Below are positions 30,614 through 41,368 of a stretch of 64,000 nucleotides of DNA, one piece after another. Position 1 is the first letter of the stretch. Every line of letters starts with the position of its first letter. Position numbers and translations under genes: made by a program. This DNA is from an uncultured Nitrososphaerota archaeon (lineage in GTDB: Archaea > Thermoproteota > Nitrososphaeria > Nitrososphaerales > CADDZS01). Location of the stretch: contig CAWCYI010000006.1 in the NCBI GenBank assembly GCA_963799845.1, positions 1,687,266 through 1,751,265 of the forward strand, read 5' to 3'. Under the pieces are notes generated by a model that ran no database searches, was not told where the DNA came from, and worked only from the letters and a program-made list of their open reading frames with translations.

Positions 30614-32344
30614 TCATAGTTCGCCGCCCCATATCCCGAGAGAGAAAACGGACATTTGATCTTTGATAGCTTCCTTAGTAGCGAAAGCCAGTTTCACATC
30701 GATTAGGGCTGGTTTACCGGCAGATAGGGCTTCCTTAATCGTGTCGCGAATCTCTGATGTCTTCTCAACACTCTTTCCCCAGCAGCCAAATCCCTGAGCA
30801 ACTTTGGCAAAGTCCACATTCGTAAAGTGTATCTCGTGATCGTAGCTGTTCCATAGCACCTCTTCAATTAATGAATTGCCCGCGAGTGTTTGGTTATTCA
30901 GTACAAAGACGACGACATCAAGTCCATATCTCAAAGCGGTTTCCAATTCTTGGACTTGTCCGACCATAAATCCACCGTCGCCATCAAAGCAGAAAACTTT
31001 CTTTTGTGGGGCGGCAAGTTTTGCTCCGAGCGCAAGTGGAAGCGCCATCCCTAGAGCGCCAAGACCCCTAGGCTGGAGAAAACATCTACCAGCACTTAGA
31101 GCTTGAAGATGGCTCGCAGCCCATGCCGAGCATTGGGACGCGTCAGATGCGACTATTGAATTGTGGTCGACGAACTCTTTCATAACATTGTAAAGATCAA
31201 CAGATCGAATAGTCGATCCACTAAATCTTGTGATCGACTCGTCGTTGGCTCTTTGCCACTCTTGTCTTAGTTTCACAATTTGGGCTGCCCTCGAATCTTT
31301 AGCTTGACTCTGTTTCTTCCCTTGAACCGATATGACATCACACAAAGCTCTCAGACCCAATTTCGCATCGGAGACAATTCCGATCTCTGTTTTGTAGTTC
31401 CTGCCGATTTCCGTAGGATCAATATCAATGTGAATGATGCGCGAGCTTTGAGTTGGAAACCTCCACCCGATAGTTGACATCTCGTCTGTTCTCGTCCCAA
31501 CGAGAAGCACGAGGTCTGATTCTTGAATAATCTTATTTGCGACTTTACCATGCCCTAAAGGTCCGCTGACGTATGCACCTACGGGGCCGAGGCTTAGGGG
31601 ATGGCTTTCTAGAAAGGCGCCTTTACCCATTATTGTGGTCGCGACAGGAATTAGAAGGAGTTCCGCAAGATCTTTGAGCTCGACCATCGCTTGCGACGTT
31701 AGCACACCTCCGCCCGCTATGATGCATGGCCTCTCTGCAGCCAAAAGGGCTCGCGCCGCTTCGGAAACCCTGGATTGTTCCGGCGCGATCCTAATGGCGG
31801 GAACCTTATTGAAATCAGACTCGACGATCACTTTATCGGAAGATTCTTCGGACAAGGCTTCGGGACGGATGTTTAAAACAACGGGTCCCGGTCTCCCAGA
31901 TGTTGCAACTCTGAAAGCCAAGCGGACAGTTTCAGACATTTTATCGGGAGACATAACGTCAATAACGAGCTTGGATATAGGCCTGAAAAGCTCCACTTGC
32001 TCGACGTCCTGGGCAGCGTTCTTCCTTTCTAAAGACTCAGGAATTCCACCAGTGATCGCAATCACCGGTATGGATGATTTCCATGCCTCGGCGATGCCTG
32101 TGACCAAATTTGTTGCGCCGGCGCCATGGTCTCCAAAACATACTGAAGGTTTGGACGATACTTGGGAATATCCTGTTGCCATCAGAGCACCCATTGTCTC
32201 TTGGTGAATAGTGATGGGTTTTATCGCCCGCTTGTTCTTCTCTACAGCTTCGTAGAAAGTTTCTGGCGAATCCATTCCGAATACGTACTTTACTCCATAA
32301 CCTACGAACGTATCGTGGAGTACATCTGCTCCTGTCTTAGGCAT
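30614..32344 (-). CDS. ThDP-dependent enzyme (acetolactate-synthase-like superfamily)
   Basis: HQE, GAGATN, SGRPGPV, HIDIDPTEIG, GDGG...NN ThDP motif. No regulatory subunit nearby. Confidence 0.9.
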   Translation of the reverse strand: MPKTGADVLHDTFVGYGVKYVFGMDSPETFYEAVEKNKRAIKPITIHQETMGALMATGYSQVSSKPSVCFGDHGAGATNLVTGIAEAWKSSIPVIAITGGIPESLERKNAAQDVEQVELFRPISKLVIDVMSPDKMSETVRLAFRVATSGRPGPVVLNIRPEALSEESSDKVIVESDFNKVPAIRIAPEQSRVSEAARALLAAERPCIIAGGGVLTSQAMVELKDLAELLLIPVATTIMGKGAFLESHPLSLGPVGAYVSGPLGHGKVANKIIQESDLVLLVGTRTDEMSTIGWRFPTQSSRIIHIDIDPTEIGRNYKTEIGIVSDAKLGLRALCDVISVQGKKQSQAKDSRAAQIVKLRQEWQRANDESITRFSGSTIRSVDLYNVMKEFVDHNSIVASDASQCSAWAASHLQALSAGRCFLQPRGLGALGMALPLALGAKLAAPQKKVFCFDGDGGFMVGQVQELETALRYGLDVVVFVLNNQTLAGNSLIEEVLWNSYDHEIHFTNVDFAKVAQGFGCWGKSVEKTSEIRDTIKEALSAGKPALIDVKLAFATKEAIKDQMSVFSLGIWGGEL

Positions 32345-32398
32345 GATTTCCTCATCCGCCAGTTTGCAGTACTTAAACTTCCTCTAATTGGCCAGATG

Positions 32399-32779
32399 TT
32401 AGTCGACTGAAATTTCAAGCTCCTTCTTTGTTTTTGAAGGAGCTATCACCGCCACTAATCTTGCAACAGAGGTTTTTGATAGATTCTTGATCGTCGTGGT
32501 AATGGACATTGGGATGAAGACGGAATCACCTGGCATTAGTTTTCTCCTCTTCCTCTTCCACTGAATTTGCACTTTCCCATTCAATACGAAAAGAGCCTCG
32601 TCCTTGTCTGGATAACAATCTGTAGACACTGCACTAGCATCTAAGCTCACGATTGATAGCATGAATCTATGCGAATCCGTTGTCGGACCTGTTATCAGAC
32701 GCTTGGACCAAAAGCCCTTAGCAAGCTCCCTTGATACTACGTCTTTTGAACTAACGATTCTGAGTTCTCTTGAAACCAA
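32399..32779 (-). CDS. Cupin-domain protein
   Basis: DEALFVLNG, LMPGDSVFIP; the usual metal-binding His residues appear absent. Confidence 0.75.
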   Translation of the reverse strand: MVSRELRIVSSKDVVSRELAKGFWSKRLITGPTTDSHRFMLSIVSLDASAVSTDCYPDKDEALFVLNGKVQIQWKRKRRKLMPGDSVFIPMSITTTIKNLSKTSVARLVAVIAPSKTKKELEISVD

Positions 32780-32866
32780 AAAAGCTATATCCTATTTCTC
32801 TCCGTCCGATTCAAGTTATTCTAATTCGTAGTGTTTGTCGAGGTGACTAGCATGGGAGTCTCATTG

Positions 32867-35161
32867 CTAGTACATGGTCGCGAAATAGTACCCGGTCGGC
32901 TGCAAAGGAAGGGACGGATTGTAAAAGAATCCATGAATATTAGACGTCATGACGTAGAAGAATTCAGGATTTAGTGTCCACTGATACATCACTATTTGGT
33001 TGGCTAGAGAATTCATTTCGTTGGAAATAGAGACGACGCCTGAAACATTGTTTGCAGCACTCACTTTCTGTAACTCTGACCATAGTTGAGACATTTGAGT
33101 CAAGTTGAAGTTGTTGAAAGAAGTGAAGATTTGTCCCGGAGGGAACATCGGGCCGATATAGTCAAGCACCCATGGATAGTCTGGCAACAAGGTTATGAAC
33201 CCCCAATAGGTTTCTCCGGTGACTTGTAATGTAAAGAGTTGACCAAAGGGAACCGGGACAACCGAGACAGACAATCCCATGTTGTATGTTGAGCTGATAT
33301 TGTTCACAACGGTCGCCATCTGCAAAGCAATACCTCCATCGACGGAATCACCTGTTGGATAATTGAGGAAGATTGTCTGCGATACTGGATGGCTGCACTG
33401 ACCTGCAGAATTCAGAGTAGAGCAGCCAAATGTATTGTTAAAGTAACCCTGTGGTGCAGCTGTTCCGTTCCGGAATGTGAATTGGGTTAAGGGCTGTTCC
33501 ATCGCATTGAGAAGGAGATCTTGGGTAGCTGTCAGATTGTAGGAATACCTAGTGGACAAGGAAGAGTTGTATGCTCCGACAGGAGGCTCGCCTGGCGGTA
33601 CCATTTCCGTTGCTACCTTTCCAAGACCATTGTTGAAATCTGTATTTATTTCTGACATGTTCACAGAATCAGCGAACGCGAGTCGGAAACGGAGGTCGGA
33701 AAAAGGTTGAAACTGGAAATATGACCCTGTGTTACTGTTAGTTACATTAGTGTCGAATGAGTCGAGATTGGTTGCGTAAGCTGTGTACGGTCCATAAAGA
33801 CTAACTCCAGGTATAACCGACACCAGCTGCCCAGTGTTGAGCCAAGTTGATCGATTAGCAACATCGTAAAGATTCTCGGGAGTAACATCGATTGTTACTG
33901 GTTGTCCTGATTTCGCCCCGTTTTCAAGGTCAATTTCTCTTGTGCTTTCCTGAGGAACATAATTGATATTTATCGTAGGAATCTGTGGTGTTATTTTGCT
34001 TCCACCCAGGTATTGATACGCGCCCCCCCAATAGTTAGGGTTAGATTGTAGTATGATGTTACCAGTCGCCTGTGTGACTTTTTCTATCATGTAGGGGCCG
34101 GTTCCTGCCATGGAACCTTCATAGGATCCATCGAGATATGTCGTGGCGCATCCCTTGGGAGTTATGCCGGCATTGCAAGTTGCAACCTCATCATAGAAAT
34201 ATTGGTCGATAATCGCGGTAGCATTACTGCCAGACGGTGTGGGATCTGGCAACGTATAGCCATTACTAGATTGACTCCATAATTGAATGTCATGCTGCAT
34301 CACGTAATCAGGCGCCAGCAATCCTGTGATTGGATTAGCTAGCAAATATTGCAAGGCTGGATTAGGAACCTGAATGTTAAGCGTGAAAGTCAACGGGCCA
34401 GTAATTTGAACAAAGTTCTGAGCAAGAACTTGATTAGCCCAGCTTTGGGAGTAAGATTGTGCACAGCAAAGGGTCGAGCTAAGGCTCGTATTTTCAAGTT
34501 GTTGAATGATCCAAGCAAGTTGAGTTGCATGCCCTACAGGAGAACTGGCGTCAATTATTAGCAGCCTGTTTAAGGAGAAATAGACTGCCGTTGAATTCAA
34601 TGCCTCGCCATCGGCAAACTTGATTCCACTTCTTAAAGTAAAATTAGCAGTCTTACCATCTGGCGAGATCGTATAATTCTGAGCAAGCCACGGAACTATC
34701 TGGGTACCACTGGTGCCATTGTACCATAACAGAGGCTCATAGACATTCGTGATGATTGTTCCATCAAATGGAAAGTCTTCAACACTAGGATCGATATAGA
34801 CAATAGTATTAGTTGTGTCCCAAGTCAACGATTGCGGGACTGTTCCAGTCGACTGTGAAGTCGTCGACGAACTCGATACACTACTCGAGGAAGTTTGTGA
34901 TACAGTGCTCGAGGAAGAGCTACTAGCGGTAGAAACACTACTTGAACTTGAGCTCGCACTCGAAGAAATCGAACTGGATGAACTGCTTACCGTACTAGAT
35001 GTCTGGGTCGATGATGATGAGGTGGACGATGTCTTTATACTCAGTGCGGCATATCCTCCTATAACTAGAACAATGATTATGACTAAGACAATCACAATTG
35101 TAGTTGACCTCGCTAGACCGGAACTAGATCGCGAAATAGTGTGCAAGTTGTTGTCCTGCAA
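32867..35161 (-). CDS. ABC transporter substrate-binding protein, family 5
   Basis: N-terminal anchor plus Ser/Thr linker, NVYEPLL, PWLAQNYTISPDG, FTLRSGIKFADG, GTGPY, PFSDLRFRLAF. Confidence 0.9.
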   Translation of the reverse strand: MQDNNLHTISRSSSGLARSTTIVIVLVIIIVLVIGGYAALSIKTSSTSSSSTQTSSTVSSSSSSISSSASSSSSSVSTASSSSSSTVSQTSSSSVSSSSTTSQSTGTVPQSLTWDTTNTIVYIDPSVEDFPFDGTIITNVYEPLLWYNGTSGTQIVPWLAQNYTISPDGKTANFTLRSGIKFADGEALNSTAVYFSLNRLLIIDASSPVGHATQLAWIIQQLENTSLSSTLCCAQSYSQSWANQVLAQNFVQITGPLTFTLNIQVPNPALQYLLANPITGLLAPDYVMQHDIQLWSQSSNGYTLPDPTPSGSNATAIIDQYFYDEVATCNAGITPKGCATTYLDGSYEGSMAGTGPYMIEKVTQATGNIILQSNPNYWGGAYQYLGGSKITPQIPTININYVPQESTREIDLENGAKSGQPVTIDVTPENLYDVANRSTWLNTGQLVSVIPGVSLYGPYTAYATNLDSFDTNVTNSNTGSYFQFQPFSDLRFRLAFADSVNMSEINTDFNNGLGKVATEMVPPGEPPVGAYNSSLSTRYSYNLTATQDLLLNAMEQPLTQFTFRNGTAAPQGYFNNTFGCSTLNSAGQCSHPVSQTIFLNYPTGDSVDGGIALQMATVVNNISSTYNMGLSVSVVPVPFGQLFTLQVTGETYWGFITLLPDYPWVLDYIGPMFPPGQIFTSFNNFNLTQMSQLWSELQKVSAANNVSGVVSISNEMNSLANQIVMYQWTLNPEFFYVMTSNIHGFFYNPSLPLQPTGYYFATMY

Positions 35162-35291
35162 CCTAAGCCGCTTAATATAAGGATTTTTTGAGGGTGCAAG
35201 CGTGCTGTGAAGAAATCGTCTGTGGATACCAACCCATGCGAATTTCTTCCTTCGCGTTTATTCATTTTACAAAAGTCAAAAAACACGATTG

Positions 35292-36338
35292 CTACGGCGT
35301 TAATACCACCCTAATGGGGTTTCCATCTTTTTCGCGAAGAATGCGGAAACCTTCGTTAACCTCGTCAAGGGGAAGTCTGTTTGTTATCATTCGCTTGAGA
35401 TTGATTTTTCTTGTCGAAAGAAGCGATAATATTCTAGGCAAATATGGTCTTAGTTGTCCAAAACAAGCATAGATTGTGAGTTCATTCCAAAGGAGTTGCC
35501 TAATCCCTACCTTGAATTCTTCGTTGCTTCCACCGACGACTCCGACTTTGCCTCCTCTTCTTACGCTCCGAATCGCGGCCTCGATTGTTGCACGCCCCCC
35601 AACCATCTCGATAGACGAATCCACTCCTCGGCCAGAAGTCAGGCTCTTGATTCTGATTGCTGGATCGGTCTCGCGAGCATTAATTAGAACATCCGCCCCT
35701 AACTCTTTAGCGATATTCAATTTCTCATCTAGGACATCGACTGCAATGACGTAAGCGCCGCGCAATTTTGCCAATTGGACGGCATTCATTCCCAGGCCGC
35801 CTATCCCAAACAACGCAACCGAGTCTCCTGGTTGCACGCTAAGGCGTTCCAAAGCGTGGAATGGAGTTGCAAGGGAGTCTGTAAGTATGGCAGCCTCATC
35901 GAAATCAATTTCTGAAGAGAATTTGTAGACGTTTTCCTTTCTAACACAAACATATTCTTCAAAGCCTCCGTCGACGCTTTCTCCGTATGATTCTCTCTTC
36001 TCGCATAAAGTGTACGCCCCTATAGTGCAATAATAACATCTGCCACAGGAAATCGCAGAATCTACTAGCACGCGATCACCGATTTGGACATCCGAGACAT
36101 CATTTCCAACTTCCTCGATGGTACCACTTATTTCATGACCTAACACGATAGGAAGTTTCATGTTGCTACCTTCTACTCCTGGAATTTGAATTAATTCGCC
36201 ATCTTGAATGTGCAAGTCCGTCCCACATATCCCCGCTGCCTTCACTCTGATCAGTACCTCACTCGATCCTACTTTCGGTACAGGTATCTGCTCAATCTTT
36301 AGAGGACTTGCCGGCTCATGAAGTCTTGCTGCTTTCAT
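35292..36338 (-). CDS. Zn-dependent alcohol dehydrogenase (MDR)
   Basis: GICGTD, LGHEISG, CGRCYYC...C, GIGGLG. Confidence 0.93.
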   Translation of the reverse strand: MKAARLHEPASPLKIEQIPVPKVGSSEVLIRVKAAGICGTDLHIQDGELIQIPGVEGSNMKLPIVLGHEISGTIEEVGNDVSDVQIGDRVLVDSAISCGRCYYCTIGAYTLCEKRESYGESVDGGFEEYVCVRKENVYKFSSEIDFDEAAILTDSLATPFHALERLSVQPGDSVALFGIGGLGMNAVQLAKLRGAYVIAVDVLDEKLNIAKELGADVLINARETDPAIRIKSLTSGRGVDSSIEMVGGRATIEAAIRSVRRGGKVGVVGGSNEEFKVGIRQLLWNELTIYACFGQLRPYLPRILSLLSTRKINLKRMITNRLPLDEVNEGFRILREKDGNPIRVVLTP

Positions 36339-36461
36339 GAGAACGGTCGAAACTCACCAAGTTGAATAGCTTTTCTCCGTTTGAATGAAATATTTCTTGG
36401 AAGGTATTGCCCTTGAGGAAAACATGAAATTCGATAATCGCGAGAGGAACTTTAGTTCAAA

Positions 36462-37529
36462 ATGGGCGGAAAGATTCAGACGGTTTGTGGCGAAATCTCA
36501 AGTGAAGTTCTTGGCATTACTTTGTGTCATGAGCATATCTCACTAAATATTGGCTTCAAATTATTATCACGTTTACCTTCTGTTCCCAGCTCGTCTGTTG
36601 CAGATGAAATTTCCAGAGCCTCTACTGAACTGTTGGGGTTGAAGAATCTGTGGATAGTCGAAAGATACAATGAAATCTCCCCGGACAATCTCGTTTTAGA
36701 TGATATTCCGATCGCGGTCAAAGAGTTGTCCTACTTCAAGAAGATGGGAGGATCTACAGTGATCGAGTTAAGTAATAACGGGATGGGACGAAATCCCGAA
36801 GCTCTGAAAGAAATATCTTTGGCGACAGGGCTTAATCTGATTGCCTCCACGGGCTATTACACGGAAAACTCACATCCGAAATTTGTGCAAGATGCAACAA
36901 TCAACGAGCTGGCTGATGAAATGGTGAACGATGTCCAAAAGGGAATCGGAAGAAGTGATGTGAGGGCTGGAATAATTGGCGAGATTGGGACGAGTAGCAT
37001 ACTTACGACTCAGGAGGAAAAAGTCCTAAGAGGAGCATGTCGAGCTCAACTTCGCACTAATGTTGCATTAACCATTCACTTGGCAAACATCAAAGGGAGC
37101 GAGGCCGAAAAAATTACGACACTTGTTGAGGAAGAAGGTGTGGATTTGAATAGGGTCATCCTTGGTCACATGGATGTCAGCTATTCCTACTTGAATGATA
37201 TAGAAAGATTATTGTCGCTCGCTAAGAAAGGTCCTTACTTGGAATTTGATACTTTTTCCCTAGAATCTTACGACTTTGACAGAAATATTGTTTTTCCTAG
37301 AGATGTGGATCGAGTAAGATGTATTAGAAAACTCAGAGATAAGGGCGTTGGGGAAAGAATTCTGATTTCGCAGGACATTGACATGAAAATTCGTCTCAAG
37401 CAATGGGGCGGACAGGGTTACGATCACATTTTACGCAACGTTGTTCCGATTTTCAAATTATATGGACTAAGCGACGCCGATATCAGGCAAATTCTAATTG
37501 ATAATCCTTCCCGCGTTTTGTGCAATTGA
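36462..37529 (+). CDS. Second PTER-like amidohydrolase
   Basis: LGITLCHEH, GIIGEIG, LTIH, LGHMD, ISQDI, WGGQGYDHI. Confidence 0.9.
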   Translation: MGGKIQTVCGEISSEVLGITLCHEHISLNIGFKLLSRLPSVPSSSVADEISRASTELLGLKNLWIVERYNEISPDNLVLDDIPIAVKELSYFKKMGGSTVIELSNNGMGRNPEALKEISLATGLNLIASTGYYTENSHPKFVQDATINELADEMVNDVQKGIGRSDVRAGIIGEIGTSSILTTQEEKVLRGACRAQLRTNVALTIHLANIKGSEAEKITTLVEEEGVDLNRVILGHMDVSYSYLNDIERLLSLAKKGPYLEFDTFSLESYDFDRNIVFPRDVDRVRCIRKLRDKGVGERILISQDIDMKIRLKQWGGQGYDHILRNVVPIFKLYGLSDADIRQILIDNPSRVLCN

Positions 37530-37695
37530 AAAATTTTCCAACAATGTTGATTCCCAGAAAATGCGAATTATTCCGATTCAAGTTTCGAGAATTTCAAGAT
37601 GTCTACTCAGTAATAATGATATAGGCTTTGAAAATTTCGTTTCTACTGATCACAAGTTTTCGATCATAGGTCATTAAAAAGGTAATGCTAAGTAG

Positions 37696-38539
37696 TTGAG
37701 CGACCGGTCTAATTCAGAGGAGAGAATCGCAGAACTCATTAGCTTTGGCCTAAACAGACTTGAGGCAAGGGTGTACCTTGAGACTCTCAAGAGCGGAAGA
37801 ATTAGGGCAAGGGACCTATCAACAAATCTAGGGGTCAACAGAGTTTCCGTTTACAGAGCTCTAAGAGATCTGAAGAAGAAGGGAATGTTGCAAGTCACAC
37901 CTCTTTCACCTTACTATTTTATGGCTGACCTTGAAGCTAGCCTGGGTCGTGTTGTAGAGGATAAGGAGAAAGACCTAGCTTCGTTGAGAAAGAAAAAAGA
38001 AGATCTGGCTGCTTGGCTCACTTCAATTTCAATTGCAAAGAGCGTGCCCTCAGAATCCAAAGAGACTTTCTATCGGTTACTATTCGGTGAACAACATTAC
38101 GCGATCCTAGAAAAACTACTTGCTAGGTGCAACTCCGAAGTTATGCGAGTAATATCTTCGAATGGGTTGAAACTGAATTTGGAAAATGATGTACCGCTTT
38201 GGGAGTCAAAATGCAAGGCGTCAGGTGTTAAGATCAAAGTTGTAAGTGAGATTGTCAGGACTAACGCCAAGGAGGCCCGCCAGTACTCATCAACGGTTGA
38301 GCTGAGACACCTCTCTGGGATTTCAAGTTCGCTAAGATACACGGTATTCGATGAGAGAGAAATGCTTCTGACGCTGAGTGTTCCCTCAAATGAAACCTCC
38401 CGGCTGGCAATGTTATGGACCAATAACGCTGTCCTGTTAGAAGTCTGCGATCAAAGATTTCCACAGGGCCTGGGACTCCTCAACTGATGCCGTACAAAGA
38501 TTACGTGAATTAGAAAAGACCGGTGAATCTGTGTTATAA
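37696..38539 (+). CDS. TrmB-family transcriptional regulator; frameshift near 38440
   Basis: FGLNRLEARVY...RVSVYRALRDL HTH and VFDEREML effector domain. The tail DFHRAWDSS...ESVL continues in another frame to TAA at 38539. Confidence 0.88.
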
Positions 38540-38590
38540 CAAGCTGTTACACACACTTCGCTTACAAATGGGGATGGCTGATTTCTGTTT

Positions 38591-39496
38591 GTGGGCGCAC
38601 AGAAAACAAGTTTTCTGCTCGATGTTAGAGAATCCATTCCTGTAGAACTCATCAGTATTTCTCCCCGAGTCCTTAGGATGTCGTTGGGAGACCTTACGGA
38701 ACTTGCTTCCTCAATCCAACAGATTGGGCTTATTCAGCCAATACTAATCCGCCCTTCGAACGACGATATGTATCAACTAGTTGCCGGAAATCGGAGGCTG
38801 GCGGCCTGCAAGCTCCTTAGATTATCGACTGTTCCTTGTATCATTCGTTCTTTGAGCGATAAAGAAGCATTTGAGATTAGTCTAGTTGAAAACATTCAAA
38901 GGCATACGCTCAACCCAATTGAAGAGGCTGGAGCGTTCCGAAAATATGTTCAGGAGTATGGCTATGGAGGAATTTCCGAGCTTGCAAAGAGAATTGGTAA
39001 GAGCCAAGAATACGTTTCTCAGAGAATTCTACTTCTTGAACTCCCTGAAGAAATTTTGTCGAAAGTTATTTCACGTGAACTATCTGCGAGTAGCGCAAGA
39101 GAGCTTGTATGGCTCAAGAGTGAGTCGAAACAATTGGAGATGGTAACAGAGATCGGTGATCGGTCCATTCCTGTAAAGAAGATACATGAGGCAGTAATGG
39201 TAGCTAAACGTGGTATCTCTGTGAAAAGAGCAATCGAAACTGTTCTCAATGAAAACTCTGAGCCAGAGTTTCTGATAAACAACTTCTCTGACAAGCAAGA
39301 TGAGTACACCAAGGCAATCGACAAGCTGATCGTAATACTGCGAGTTGCAATGCTTCGGGTTGACTCGATGGTCGAGACCTCTGCTTCGGCTGAAACACGA
39401 AAAATGCTGATAGGAAAGAGATATGCGATACATCAATTGATTGATGATTCAATTAGAGAAAGAATCTCGTCGATCCGCGAAACGAAGTTAAAATGA
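38591..39496 (+). CDS. ParB/Spo0J-family protein
   Basis: LASSIQQIGLIQPILIR, VAGNRRLAA, LVENIQR, HTH LAKRIGKSQEYVS. Confidence 0.9.
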   Translation: MGAQKTSFLLDVRESIPVELISISPRVLRMSLGDLTELASSIQQIGLIQPILIRPSNDDMYQLVAGNRRLAACKLLRLSTVPCIIRSLSDKEAFEISLVENIQRHTLNPIEEAGAFRKYVQEYGYGGISELAKRIGKSQEYVSQRILLLELPEEILSKVISRELSASSARELVWLKSESKQLEMVTEIGDRSIPVKKIHEAVMVAKRGISVKRAIETVLNENSEPEFLINNFSDKQDEYTKAIDKLIVILRVAMLRVDSMVETSASAETRKMLIGKRYAIHQLIDDSIRERISSIRETKLK

Positions 39497-39538
39497 CGAC
39501 GTCAAGCCTGTAACGCAAGAAGAGTTTCGTGAGCAATA

Positions 39539-40326
39539 CTATTTGCTAGGGGAGGTATACCTACCGTCAGAATCTATCGTTCTTAGCAAACGAAGCTCCA
39601 CATCAGTGGGAGGAGAATTAACAGGCATCTTACCTCTTCCTTCTTGCGCTTGAATTTCGAATCCAGTGTTGGCTTGCACCTCTTCAAAAGAAACACCTGG
39701 GTTCAGTGATTGCACCTCCATGCGTCTGGTCGAAGGGTTGAATCCCATAACACACAGATGAGTGATTATCTTGTGAACCGATCCGAAAATGAGGCCAAGC
39801 TTTCCCTTGATGTTCCACCGGTAAGATACCCAGGACTAGTAACAAAGTCAACCTTCTCAACAAACCTCCGTTTTTCATGGTGCGTTGCAACAATGGTCTT
39901 TGTGCAACAAGAAATGATGTCGTTGCCACCCCCACTTCCAGGAAGTCTGACCTTTGGCTTTTCCTTTGGTCCAATAATTGAAGTATTGATGTTTCCGTAC
40001 TTGTCGATCTGGGCACCCCCGAGAAAACCATAATCAACGTAGCCTCTCTGTTGAAGATAGAATAGTTCGAGTGGAGAGAGTATTGCGAGCGCTCTATTCG
40101 CAGCGCGCGCCTCATTGGTCGATGGCGGCAACCTTCCAATCTGGATGTCGGGAGCAATCACCCCGCCCTCAAATAATATTGTAAGGTTAGGAGCATGCGA
40201 CTTCTGAGCCAAGACGGCTGAGACAAGTGGCATTCCCGCCCCAACAAAGACCACCTTGTTATCTTCCAGCGCCCTAGCGCTTATGACCGCGACTAATTCA
40301 GCGGTATTGTATGGTTGAGAGCTCAA
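39539..40326 (-). CDS. Family I CoA-transferase beta subunit (GctB/CatJ-like), frameshifted near 39770
   Basis: HAPNLTILFEGG, GGAQIDKYGNIN, RLPGSGGGND, VDFVTSPG; C-terminal SLNPGVSFEEVQANTGF in the next frame. Confidence 0.88.
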
Positions 40327-40336
40327 TTTTCCTTTT

Positions 40337-41263
40337 CTACCTCACTCCTTTGTTTGGCGTAATTCCAAGTGACTCTAGGTATCCTTCGTGAGAGCCTGGC
40401 TGAACGATGTATTTGTCGATGTATTCCTTCACGGCATCGACGCCTCTTGCGTCGACAGATTTTACATAATTGTCGATGTGTTCGAAATCCGGATCATACA
40501 AACCCATGCATTCGCCAGGAGAACTTCCATAAGGTGCTTCCACGACCGCGTCTACACAAAAGAAAGGGACCGCTGTTTGCGTGGGGCTACTTCTAAAAAC
40601 ATCAGAATCTACAATTTCTTCAGCTGTGACTATGACTCTACCAGCTGATGCGGCTATTTCGTGATCTATGAATGGAAGGCCATCAATCTGAGCATTTCCA
40701 AAGCAGTCAGCTCGTTGCACATGAATAACCGCTACGTCGGGAAAAAGCGCAGGCACCAGACAGAGCTTCTCTCCAGTAAAGGGACAAACAGATTCCTTGA
40801 CCAAATCAGCTTTCATCAAATCTGATCCTAGCATCGAAAATGTTGGCAGATATGGTACGCCCATTGCCCCGGCTTTGAATCTAAGTGAGATTGCCATGTG
40901 GCTCCACTCCTCGAAGTCGAGCCTGCCGCTCTCGCAGTAGATTCTCATTATTTTTGACAGGCCCCACGTTACTCCGATTCCGTACCAACTGCTAACGACT
41001 TTCTTGACAGCTCCAGAAACTACCAACAGATCCGTTTCGAAAGAGACCAAATTTCTTGACAGGGTAAGACCAGTTCTTTTTTGCCGAATGATTTCTCCGA
41101 TTACTGGCATAGAAGTCCTGGAATACATACAGCCTCCGAAAGCAACGTCATCGTTATCATGGATGAGGGTAGCACATGCCTCCTGAAGACTGGTCACCTT
41201 ATCCCGAAGAGCTTTGTTCTTATTCTCCGTTAGCTTACGAGTTTGTCTAAAATTCTCCGACAA
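40337..41263 (-). CDS. Family I CoA-transferase alpha subunit (GctA/CatI-like)
   Basis: EEWSH, AGAMGVPYLP, GSDL, PDVAVIHVQRAD.FGN, VDAVVEAPYG. Confidence 0.9.
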   Translation of the reverse strand: MSENFRQTRKLTENKNKALRDKVTSLQEACATLIHDNDDVAFGGCMYSRTSMPVIGEIIRQKRTGLTLSRNLVSFETDLLVVSGAVKKVVSSWYGIGVTWGLSKIMRIYCESGRLDFEEWSHMAISLRFKAGAMGVPYLPTFSMLGSDLMKADLVKESVCPFTGEKLCLVPALFPDVAVIHVQRADCFGNAQIDGLPFIDHEIAASAGRVIVTAEEIVDSDVFRSSPTQTAVPFFCVDAVVEAPYGSSPGECMGLYDPDFEHIDNYVKSVDARGVDAVKEYIDKYIVQPGSHEGYLESLGITPNKGVR

Positions 41264-41368
41264 CAGTGATCAAATCTTTAGCGATCGCGAATAACCAGTC
41301 CGAAATAAAAGACTTTGAAATTTGGCTTGGAATATTTCTTGAGGATACGGATGAATCAAGTAGCCAGG

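Noticed and set aside
30614-32344. Biosynthetic acetolactate synthase or sulfoacetaldehyde acetyltransferase (Xsc)
   Set aside because: No ilvH/ilvC nearby, the context is catabolic, and the N-terminal motifs do not match Xsc as I recall it; left as a generic ThDP enzyme.
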